Virus record (IMG/VR): IMGVR_UViG_3300032093_000060
Span: 25,793-89,792 of that record
Origin: a virus
Direction: 5' to 3' (one strand)
Length of the DNA: 64,000 nt
Below are positions 10,788 through 20,900 of the stretch, one piece after another. The translations under genes were made by a program, and so were the position numbers. The notes under the pieces were generated by a model, which worked only from the letters and a program-made list of their open reading frames with translations, made no database searches and had not been told where the DNA came from. Each line of letters opens with the position of its first letter. The stretch's first letter is position 1.

Positions 10788-13700
10788 TTACTTTTCATAA
10801 ACTAAATATCCTCTAGATACATAATCTTTTATTTCCTCTGGAGTTAATTCTAAATCCATTGAGGCCTCTCCTCCAAATTTTTTTTCATTGTCATTACCAA
10901 TAGCATCATCAAAAGATAATATCCACTCATAACGGTCATTACTTATTTTTTTAATTTTTTTTGGTGGTTCAATATACCCGTCTTTTGTAATTACGTAAGG
11001 TTCTCCAGTTGGCCACGTGTCTCTCCACATATCAGAAAGTAACCACTCTTGTGCTATATCAGGTAATTTTTGTAGAAAATTATTTTTTAATACTACATTT
11101 TTTTCTGCTTTATAATAATCTTTAAATGATTTTTCTCGTGACAGTTTGAGTTTTCTTTTTTGTCTTTCTCTTTCTCTATCTTGTAGTCTACCTTTTTCAC
11201 CTAATTTTTCCAATCCTAAATAACCAAGACCAATAGCTGCAGCAGCAGCGCCACCTGTTATAAGAATATTATACATTTTATCTAACCGTGCCATTCTGCC
11301 TATAAATTCTGGCAGATCTTTAAAATTAAGATTATAAAGTCTATCTTGTAACTTAGTAATTTCTGCATTTAATTGCTCTAATTCAACATCATCTGAATTT
11401 TTTAGTCTTGCAATAAGTTCATCTCTATAGTTATTTGCTGCTTCAATTTGTGCTTTTGTTTGATTTATTCTACTTTCTAATGTATTTCTTCCACCATCCA
11501 AAATAGAATATAGTCTTTGAAAATCTTCTTTTGTTTTTAAAGAATAACTACTACCAGATGTTCTTTTATTTTTTACTTCTTTTAATGCATTTTTTCTTTC
11601 ATTAAGTGTTTTAGGAGAAGCATGATATTCTTTTAATGAATACATCATAGCATCCATTGCTTCATCAAATTTTCCTAAAACTGATGCATATGCAGCATTT
11701 GCCCTACCATAACCTCCTGTTGTTACTTCTTCTTTTCTAATTGCTCTAATACCTGTTTTTTCTGAAAGTTCATTTAGAAAATTTTTAGGAGCATCACTAT
11801 TTAAATTACGTGGATACCAGTCTAGGATCTTTCTTGATGTGAAATCTTGACCTATACTTGACTTAACATCTGGTAAATATTTTTCTGCTAACTCCTCAAC
11901 AATTTTTAATTCTTCTGGAGTAAACACATAATTTCCACTAGTTCCTTTTATAACTGATTCAACATATGCAACTGGATCTGAAGTATTTAAGTTTAATCCT
12001 AATTGTCTGTGACCAATTACTGGATTTTCATTAGAAGGTATATGTGTTGGATTTCCTTTCTGTACAGTATTTAATCCAATACCGTTAACAGAACCTCCCT
12101 TACCTGGAAACCATTCTGTTAAAGCTGTTTTAACTATATCTTCTGTATATTTTTGACCGGGTAATGAAGCTGCACTTATCTCTCTAGAAAATACTGTATT
12201 GTTTATATAATAATCATTTAATGCTAATTGCATTCTTTTAGGATCTTGAGCAGTTTGAAGTATATCTCCATTAAAATCCATTTTTAAAAGTGCGTCAACA
12301 TTTTTGTTAACATCACTTAATTCTTCTGGTTTAAATTGATGGCCTAGATTTCCTTTAGGACCAACAATAGATTTAATATAAGCTTCTTGTCCTTTAGCTA
12401 CAACTTCAGGATTACCATAAGCAATTAAAACATCAGGTCTTAAGATATGTTTTTCTTTATTAGGATTATAATTACCCCATTTACTAAACGGAGAAGTTTC
12501 ATATGAATCAATTACAGTTTTTACTTCTGGATTAATACCAGCCATAAAATCTTTTGAAGTCATATTTATTTCAATTGGTTTTCCAGAAACCATTGCTTTT
12601 GTTGCTGCTTCTTGAAATTTTTCAGGATAAAATTGTCTAAACAATTCTATTTCTGTTGGAGTTTTATCAGGAGTAGCTGGATTATAAAATGGTTTAACCA
12701 TTCCATTTGCATCTTCATGTATTATATTAAAATCTAAAATTCCTTCTTCTCCATATTGTGGATAAACAGTATGTTGTTTTGCTGGTCCATAATCTTGTAC
12801 AAATTTAAAATTGTCTTTTACATTTTTATTATAGTCTGATTGAGTAATAATAACATCTATATCACCAGTAATATGTGGCATACCTGCTTCAGTAACTAAA
12901 ACACTTGATCCAAAAACCTTAGCTCCAGAAATCTTTGCTTCTACATCAGCTCTGGAATTCTTTAATGCAGTTATATAATCCCCAGAAATAATTGGTTGTT
13001 GCTCTATAACACTTGTGTTTACAATTTCTCCATTTACAAGTTTATATTCTTCACGTGCACCAGGAAGTCTTACCTCTGCATTTACAACTTGTCCAGTACT
13101 TAAATCTGTAACAGGTTTAACACCAGTTGTTGTTACTCCTTCAAAAAGACCACGAGAAGTTTTTTCAAGTCCTTCAGGTGTAATATTAAAGATTTGTCCC
13201 ACTTTATCCATGAAATCTAATCTAGTCTCTTGTGCATTTAAAAACTGTTCAGGAGTTGTTTTTAATTGATATTGATCATTTAATTCTTGAATTATCTCAC
13301 GCGGTAATTTACCTTCTGCTGCCACATCTCTCATTTTTAAGAAACTTTTAAACTTCTGTTTACGTGTTTCTGTTTTTCCAATAAGTTCAGTTTGTTTTTG
13401 AGTTAATCCCTTGGGACTATTATATCCTATCCCTAATTCATCCCATATATCTGTTTTTTCTTTTTCTAAATTTTGAATTTGTTTTGTTAAGTATCTTTTA
13501 TCTAGCATTTTTAATTCTTTTAATGCTACATTCCCATACTTATTAAAGTTATTTACTAAACCTTGCAATCTTTTAGAAGTTTTAATTGCATTTGGATTTC
13601 TACTTATGAATGCCAAAAATAATCCTAAACCAGCCTCACTTACATTTGAATCTTTATCATCATTTGTTAATTCATTTACGGCAAGTCCTCCACCAATTAT

Positions 13701-16700
13701 CATTGGTAATTTATTAAGCACCTTACTCATTATATCAAAATTCTTTGGCTTATCTTTTATGATGTCATATATTCTTAGTGGATATTTTTCACCTTTCATT
13801 CCTTTATATTGATCATAATGTTTTTTAAGTAAGTCTGGTGTAATTGGATCATATTCATGTTTAATCAATCCTTTATCAAGCATATCTTGTCTCACCTCTG
13901 CTAGGAAAGGAACTCTCTCTGTACCTTTAGAACCTTTATCAAAATATTTAAGTGTTTCACTTACATAGTTAGGTCTTGCATTTCCAAATAGATCATGTGC
14001 TTTTGATTCTTCAGCTACATCTAATCCAGGTATTTCTAATTGTTTAGACTCTGGTTTTACAAGATCAAGTTCTTTTAATGTTTCATCCAAATATGTTGTA
14101 CCAGATTTTCTTCCTGCATAAGATCCAAGAAAATGTCCAAGTTCATGTGCTGTTACTTTTGGTAATTCTCCTTTTGAAAACAAACCAGGTGTTATAGCAA
14201 TTTCATTTTTTCCACCTCCATAAAATGCACTTTGATTAATATCTTGGCTTAATTCAGAAATATTATTATCTATTATACCTAATTTCTCATCCAAGTCAAC
14301 TTGAATATTAAAATAATCCGATTTTGATATTTGACCATTTTCATACATTTTATCATACATGCTCATCTCATTAAGCAATTCATTTCTCTGAGCTAATTGT
14401 GTTGAATAATGATTATTAATATTATTCATAGATGCCATACCTTCTATTAAAGTATCAGGAGTCTGACCTTGTAATGATGGGGTATTGTCTATCATTTCTT
14501 GAAGTCTTTTCTGTCCTTCTTCTGTTTGCCATAATTCTATTTTATTTGCTCTCATGTCATTAATAACATTTGTAGCAATTTCATTATCTGACAGGGCTTC
14601 AATATTTTTTGTTTTCTGAGTATTTAACTTTTCATCTACAGTATTTAATTTATTAGTTAACTCATCATTTGTTTTTACATATTCATCAAATTCAATAACA
14701 CCGTCTTCAAACTTTTTTTGTAATTCTAGTTGATCAGTTAATAAAAGTTCTTTTTCAGCATTTAAATCTCTAAGTGGAGCAGATATACCAAGATTATCAG
14801 GTGAAGCTATACCCTGCATATTTGGATCACCAGTATATTTTTGTAATACAGTTTGATTATCTAAAGGTGTTACACTTGCACTACCTTGAGTAGGAATTCT
14901 AAAATTTCCAACTAACTTATCAATATTAAAGTCACTTGTTTTTAACTCTAATAAACTTGGAGCAAGAGCAGGAGTTGTAGTCTTTACTGTTTGTCCTACA
15001 GTTGCCATATCACCAAGAGTCATACCTTCTGCAACAGTACTTGCATAACCATATGATGTTGGAGTTTGTTTCATTATTTTAAATTCACCTAAGCCCAATC
15101 CTCCAAATGAAGTACCTGCTGCTCTAGAGAATTTATTAAAGGCTTCAGTAACTCCAGTTAAAACTTGTTCTGATCCATTTAAGTTTGGATTACCAACTAG
15201 TAAACCACCCTCTGCTGGTGATTTATATAAAAAAGAATAATTACCTGATTTAGGTAATACTTGAATTGATCCTGGAGTTTTTAGTTGCTTTAAAATTTGT
15301 GCTCCCTGAACAGTAGGTTTTACAAATGGTAATAAACCTAATGCTCCCCACCCAGCTTCTACAGCTCCTTCTCTTATATTACCTTCTGAAAAAGCATCTA
15401 CAGATTTTGAAATATTTCCACCTGGTCTAATAGCTTCATATCCAAAATATGCATTAAGAGCATTACCAGCTGTTAACCATGGAGCAGAAGCAATTGGTGC
15501 ATAACTTAAAACAGAGGATACAGCACCCATTATAGGTTTAGCAGATAAACCACCAGCCACACCCATAATCCATTCTTTATCTAACATATCAACAGCTCCG
15601 GATGCAGCATTTTTTCTATTAGTGCCGGCAGACCATTTAGGACCTTCAGCTGTTATATTAAAATCACTTTTAAGTTGATTCTGACCTGGTAATCCCGAAG
15701 CTTGAATATATCCTGTAGTTGAACCTTCTGGAGCGTATACCCAGTTAACATAACTTTCATATATTTTTTGAAATTCTTTTGGATCTTCTAAAAATTTTTT
15801 TCTTTGCTCATTAGTAAGATTTTTTTCTAAAAGTATAGCTTTAGCAGCTTGAGCCTGTAGTGCTGTAGTTCTATTAAAGTTATCTATAGCCTGCTGATGA
15901 AGAAACTCTTGTGATTGAGCTTCTTCAGCTGCTGTATTATTATTAGGTGCAACCCACTGTTTTTTACCTGTTGCAGGATCTGTAGTCCATGCACCTACCT
16001 TATTTCTTATAGCTGTACTTTCAGAAGGTAATATAGAATTTGGATGTATAGCATATGGACTTAAAATTTTTGAACCATCTTCTAATACAATATAATCTTT
16101 ACCTGTTTGTTTATCACGTTCTTCTTGAACCCATGCATCAATATTTAAAAGATTTTGTTTTTGATAATTAGTTAAATTATTTGGATTAGTTGCACCAGCT
16201 GCTAGTAATTTTTTTGCTTCTGCTTGACGTGCTTTATATGTTTTTTCTGTATAGTCACCGTAAAGTTTTGTTAATCCAGATTTTGTACCCTCACCCTCCT
16301 CTACAAGTTGATCAATTGCTTGAGTTTTTGTAAGACCAGTTTTAATTAGATTATCAATTTTTTCTTTATTCCTTTTAGCATGAATCATTGATGCATTTTG
16401 ATATATAGGATCAAAATATGTTTTTAATTCTGTTGCATCACCTAAATCTAATTCAGTAGATAATTCATTTGGATTAAGTCCTTTTGTATAAATTAAATCT
16501 GCTACATCTTTACTTGAAAAAATTTCATAATCACCTTCTGGAGTTTTTTTAGGATAATAACCACTATTTTTTAATTCTGTAAGTAGCTCATCTGTCATAT
16601 CTTCTCCAGGAACAAAAGAACCTTTTGGTCTTGATAGATCTTTATATGTTAATTCTTTTGGTGCATATGCATTTATTTTTTCTAGTTTTCTATCTTGTGC

Positions 16701-17939
16701 TTCTTTTCTTATACGATAATCATCTATTTGTTCAGGTGTATAATCAGGTAATTTTATTTCTGCCACAGGAGTAGGAGATACTGTGGGAAGAGAAAAGGGA
16801 TCTTGACCCGGAGTAATTATCTCAGGAGTAACCCCACTCCAAACCGTATTATTCATAGGTTCTTGTGGTTCTCTTCTTTTTTTTCTTTTTTCCCCACCTT
16901 CATCCATTCTAGTTAATGAAGGTACAGAGATGTCTTCTACTACATACCCTCCCTTTACATATTTGTCTATATCTGCTTCATCTATTTCTATTTCTATTGC
17001 TCCTCCAAATTGTAGATATGGTATGTCTTCTGTTTGCCCTGGGACAGAGACCATATCATTTGATAAATTTACTATAGCTTTAGTTCCCTTAGTAACTCCC
17101 CTTAAATCTTCTATATCTGGATCTAATGCTTCTCCAGCTTCTTTTTTTCTTTTAAAACAATCTTCAATATCTTTTACTGTAACAACTTGATCAGGTTTAA
17201 ATCCACATTCATTTCTAAGTGTCATTACTCTTTGTTGTAACTCATTTGCATTAGTTATCTCATCAAAGTTCTTTTTTAAATTTTTATCCCATTCAGGATT
17301 TCCAGTCTTTATTTCTTTAGGTTCTATAATGTTTTGTTCTACAAGATATTGATGAGGTTTTTCTAAAACATCAGAAAACTTATCTCCTGCTTGTATATGA
17401 TGTCCAAACTCATGATGTTTTGTAGCTTCTATTTGAGCTTCTGGTAAATCTTTATTTAAGATTATTTGTTGAGTTTCTGGATCATAATATCCAGCTTCAT
17501 TAGACTTTAATTCTTCAGAATAAATATAAGGCACATTTTGAGATGCTCTTTCTAAAGCTTCAGGACGTATTTTTTCTAAAAGCTTTTGTCCTTCTGGAGT
17601 AGGCATTACTCTATTTTTATACCAATATTTATAGAATTCTTCTGGTGGTCCACCTGGATTGTTTTCTATTATACCACCATTGTCAAAAGCCATTCCGTAT
17701 GGATCATAAATTTTATTTTTATAATTAGGCTTTTTATATAATGGATTTTTCTTTGGCTTTTTATATAAAGCATTCTTAGTGTAAAGTACATTCTTTGCAC
17801 CAAGGTTACTTGAAAATTTTTTAACCCCTCCTTTTTTTAATTTTCCAAGAGGACTTTCTTCAATATCTTTTTTCTTAACCGGCGCTTTAGTTTGGTTAAG
17901 ATTTTTTAACGCAGTAAGTAAAAGCTTTTTATTATACAT
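10788..17939 (-). CDS. Polyvalent virion protein (2383 aa) with two HExxH zincin-like motifs, a nucleotidyltransferase-like motif and hydrophobic helices
   Basis: HHEFGH and AHELGH; FGSS..(x13)..DID motif; hydrophobic GG-rich segments; directly follows the muzzle gene. Confidence 0.6.
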   Translation of the reverse strand: MYNKKLLLTALKNLNQTKAPVKKKDIEESPLGKLKKGGVKKFSSNLGAKNVLYTKNALYKKPKKNPLYKKPNYKNKIYDPYGMAFDNGGIIENNPGGPPEEFYKYWYKNRVMPTPEGQKLLEKIRPEALERASQNVPYIYSEELKSNEAGYYDPETQQIILNKDLPEAQIEATKHHEFGHHIQAGDKFSDVLEKPHQYLVEQNIIEPKEIKTGNPEWDKNLKKNFDEITNANELQQRVMTLRNECGFKPDQVVTVKDIEDCFKRKKEAGEALDPDIEDLRGVTKGTKAIVNLSNDMVSVPGQTEDIPYLQFGGAIEIEIDEADIDKYVKGGYVVEDISVPSLTRMDEGGEKRKKRREPQEPMNNTVWSGVTPEIITPGQDPFSLPTVSPTPVAEIKLPDYTPEQIDDYRIRKEAQDRKLEKINAYAPKELTYKDLSRPKGSFVPGEDMTDELLTELKNSGYYPKKTPEGDYEIFSSKDVADLIYTKGLNPNELSTELDLGDATELKTYFDPIYQNASMIHAKRNKEKIDNLIKTGLTKTQAIDQLVEEGEGTKSGLTKLYGDYTEKTYKARQAEAKKLLAAGATNPNNLTNYQKQNLLNIDAWVQEERDKQTGKDYIVLEDGSKILSPYAIHPNSILPSESTAIRNKVGAWTTDPATGKKQWVAPNNNTAAEEAQSQEFLHQQAIDNFNRTTALQAQAAKAILLEKNLTNEQRKKFLEDPKEFQKIYESYVNWVYAPEGSTTGYIQASGLPGQNQLKSDFNITAEGPKWSAGTNRKNAASGAVDMLDKEWIMGVAGGLSAKPIMGAVSSVLSYAPIASAPWLTAGNALNAYFGYEAIRPGGNISKSVDAFSEGNIREGAVEAGWGALGLLPFVKPTVQGAQILKQLKTPGSIQVLPKSGNYSFLYKSPAEGGLLVGNPNLNGSEQVLTGVTEAFNKFSRAAGTSFGGLGLGEFKIMKQTPTSYGYASTVAEGMTLGDMATVGQTVKTTTPALAPSLLELKTSDFNIDKLVGNFRIPTQGSASVTPLDNQTVLQKYTGDPNMQGIASPDNLGISAPLRDLNAEKELLLTDQLELQKKFEDGVIEFDEYVKTNDELTNKLNTVDEKLNTQKTKNIEALSDNEIATNVINDMRANKIELWQTEEGQKRLQEMIDNTPSLQGQTPDTLIEGMASMNNINNHYSTQLAQRNELLNEMSMYDKMYENGQISKSDYFNIQVDLDEKLGIIDNNISELSQDINQSAFYGGGKNEIAITPGLFSKGELPKVTAHELGHFLGSYAGRKSGTTYLDETLKELDLVKPESKQLEIPGLDVAEESKAHDLFGNARPNYVSETLKYFDKGSKGTERVPFLAEVRQDMLDKGLIKHEYDPITPDLLKKHYDQYKGMKGEKYPLRIYDIIKDKPKNFDIMSKVLNKLPMIIGGGLAVNELTNDDKDSNVSEAGLGLFLAFISRNPNAIKTSKRLQGLVNNFNKYGNVALKELKMLDKRYLTKQIQNLEKEKTDIWDELGIGYNSPKGLTQKQTELIGKTETRKQKFKSFLKMRDVAAEGKLPREIIQELNDQYQLKTTPEQFLNAQETRLDFMDKVGQIFNITPEGLEKTSRGLFEGVTTTGVKPVTDLSTGQVVNAEVRLPGAREEYKLVNGEIVNTSVIEQQPIISGDYITALKNSRADVEAKISGAKVFGSSVLVTEAGMPHITGDIDVIITQSDYNKNVKDNFKFVQDYGPAKQHTVYPQYGEEGILDFNIIHEDANGMVKPFYNPATPDKTPTEIELFRQFYPEKFQEAATKAMVSGKPIEINMTSKDFMAGINPEVKTVIDSYETSPFSKWGNYNPNKEKHILRPDVLIAYGNPEVVAKGQEAYIKSIVGPKGNLGHQFKPEELSDVNKNVDALLKMDFNGDILQTAQDPKRMQLALNDYYINNTVFSREISAASLPGQKYTEDIVKTALTEWFPGKGGSVNGIGLNTVQKGNPTHIPSNENPVIGHRQLGLNLNTSDPVAYVESVIKGTSGNYVFTPEELKIVEELAEKYLPDVKSSIGQDFTSRKILDWYPRNLNSDAPKNFLNELSEKTGIRAIRKEEVTTGGYGRANAAYASVLGKFDEAMDAMMYSLKEYHASPKTLNERKNALKEVKNKRTSGSSYSLKTKEDFQRLYSILDGGRNTLESRINQTKAQIEAANNYRDELIARLKNSDDVELEQLNAEITKLQDRLYNLNFKDLPEFIGRMARLDKMYNILITGGAAAAAIGLGYLGLEKLGEKGRLQDRERERQKRKLKLSREKSFKDYYKAEKNVVLKNNFLQKLPDIAQEWLLSDMWRDTWPTGEPYVITKDGYIEPPKKIKKISNDRYEWILSFDDAIGNDNEKKFGGEASMDLELTPEEIKDYVSRGYLVYEK

Positions 17940-20900
17940 TATCTTGGAGAAAAAGTAGTTTTAGTATTTACTATTTTTAAAATCATGTTTGTATCTCTTG
18001 AATTACTTTTAGAAAGTTTTATAAAGTTAATATAATGTCTAAATTTCTTTCTTTGTAATTCAGGTTTTGTATAATCTAGATTTAAATTATTTAAATCTTT
18101 TACATACCCATTAGGTGATGTTACCCAAATATTTCTTTCATCATAATTACCAAGTAATACTGTAGAATCTGGACTCGGGAAATATGGACCTTGTCCTGGA
18201 GGATAAGGTGAACCTATAGGAAACTCTCCTCTGTTTTTAGTAATATCCCAAAACTGATTTATTCTATACTTATGTTCTTCTTTAGAATAAAGTATATCAT
18301 AACCATTCTGATTAGAATTCAATTTAGGAAACTGTAATGATAATGGGATATCATTTTTAGGATATAGATTTAAATTAAGATATCCGGAAACTTGTTCTGA
18401 GTTATGTATAATTGCCTGATCAAAATTATAATCAAGAACATGAAACTGATCAACACATAAAGCTCTATCTCTTTTATAACACTCTAAATAGTATTCAATA
18501 CTCTTTACAGTATTAGTCATTTGTGCAGTAGGTACAGGTAGTTCAACTTCAAATGGATATTGCACCCCATAGAAATTACAATAGTCATTACAGAATGCAC
18601 TATGTTTCCATATACCATTTCCTTTTGTAGTAAGAAATGTTCCTTTACTGGGTACATAAAAATTAGGATGCCAGTCATGATAACTTATCCAGAACTCAAG
18701 TTTTGGATCATAACTTACAGTCCATGAAGCATCTTCAAAATATCTTGAATCTCCAATTTTTGCTTTCATAGAAATACCTTGACCATTTGGTAAAACAGCC
18801 CCTGGTACAATAAATGAATCTATGTCAGCATTATAAGTTACAAGACCTTTGTATTGTTCTTTTAATCTGTAATCTTTTTTAGAAAAATACAAAACACTAT
18901 TGTCATTATCATAACTTGCCATACATGCAATACCAGCAACTGGATTATCTGTATGTGGATAGTCAGGAAAGTCTTCTAATAATTTAAATGGTAAGAATTC
19001 ACTAAACCACCATTTCATTCCTGATTGAGATATCTCTTGAAGACCTTGTCTATAAGAAAAAACTTTTCCTTGATTTTGTGAAATATAAAATAAACCAGCA
19101 GGAGTTGAAACAACTCCGTATTTATTTTGTGATGAACCATACTCATATGGTTTTTCTGCTACTACAATATTTTGAGGTGCTTGATTAAATAATCCTCCGT
19201 CACCTACAGTAACTTTAGTACCACTATCATCAAGTTGTATAGTATCTACACCTTGATAAATTAAAGGGCTGTCATTTTCAAAAGTGATAAACATACCAGT
19301 CTTAGCAAAGTTTCTTACAGAACTAAGTTTACTTTTAAAGTCTACTTTATTGAGAGGTAAGAATGTTAGCCAAGCATCTATCTCAGAATTTTCTTGTTGT
19401 GGTAAGGAGTATGTTATTCTATTTGGATAACTTACATAACAGAGTTCAGCAACATTGGGATCATAAGAATAACCTTGTAAATATCCTGCTGTAAAATACT
19501 GATTAAATAAAAATCTTGATGCACTTAATGTATAGTCATATGCATAAAAGTTTCCTTTTGTTAAGACTTGCGGATCAGAATCAAATAAAGATTCTAAATC
19601 TGTAAACCTATATTTATTATATGAATTTTGCCAAGGGAAGTTTCCTCTATCTCTAAAATCTACAATTACATCTGACTCAACAAAAAAGTCTCTAATCCCA
19701 TTTGCTGAAGTATAGAAGTAAGAATTTTTAACTCCAAATAATCCGGGATATGCTAATGAGGTATTAAATTGCTTTGAATAAAATGGACTATCTAAATCAT
19801 AATAACTTGATGGCAATATACCTTGACCATAGTCTGGATTATTTGTAAAAGCTTGCAATATATTTGACAAACTAAAATCACTTATATCCCAAGGTTGACT
19901 ATTAACTTGAAACTTAGGTTCTGGGATCATTTGATTTAAAAAATAATTCCATTCAATATTATCAGGAACATCATACAACCAATCATAGAAAAAGTGCATA
20001 ATGTTTTTTTCTGTAAATCTTGTTATATATGTATCACCTCCAAAAAAAGTTGGTGTATACAATTTTGATTGAGAAAAATTATTAATATTACATACTGTGC
20101 CAAAAAAGCTTGTAGCTACAGAGTTAGCTCCTGTTGTGGCATTAAAGTCAATCTTCTGTTCACAAGGGGTTGCTACAACTTGTTGTATTGTATCTATCTG
20201 ACCATATTGGTTTTCTATTCTATATTTAATACCAACATAGTGACTAGCAATTTTATTTATAAAATTTTTAGATTTACCTTGTTCGGTCCAGTTAACTTTA
20301 TTTTTTACAAAGTTTAAATATTGAGCTCCAATAAGATATGTAGCTGGGTTTCCTGCTAATGGATTAAATGTATCAATTGCATAACCTAATGTCATTAATG
20401 ATTGATCTATACTATAACCATTTGAATCAAGAATATAATGAGGACCATCTGTCTGACCATTACCTCTTGTTGTTCTTAATACAACTAATTTAGGTCGTTT
20501 AATATTATTAATTCTATACTGAACTAAATTGTTGGAACTATTATAATATTCAGGAAGTGCTTGTAACTGATCATTAATATAGATGCCCTCATTCATTATA
20601 AATCTTCTGTCTTGTGAATAGTCTGGATTTACAAAGGCATTATAATCCCCATGTCCTACAAGTTCCAATGCATATTGTCTTTTTCTTATGATAGCATAGA
20701 TTGTATCAATTGCTAAATTCATTCCTTCTACAAAGTAGAATAATAACTGACCTCCTGATGTTGCAGCACTTAAAAAACCACTAATTGCAGGACCAAGCAT
20801 TTGATAACCGGTATATGTTTTATCATAGGTTGGTGTAGTTATATATTTACCATCTTGTGCTACCTGCTCATATGTACTTGAGAAAATAGATTCAAGTGAT

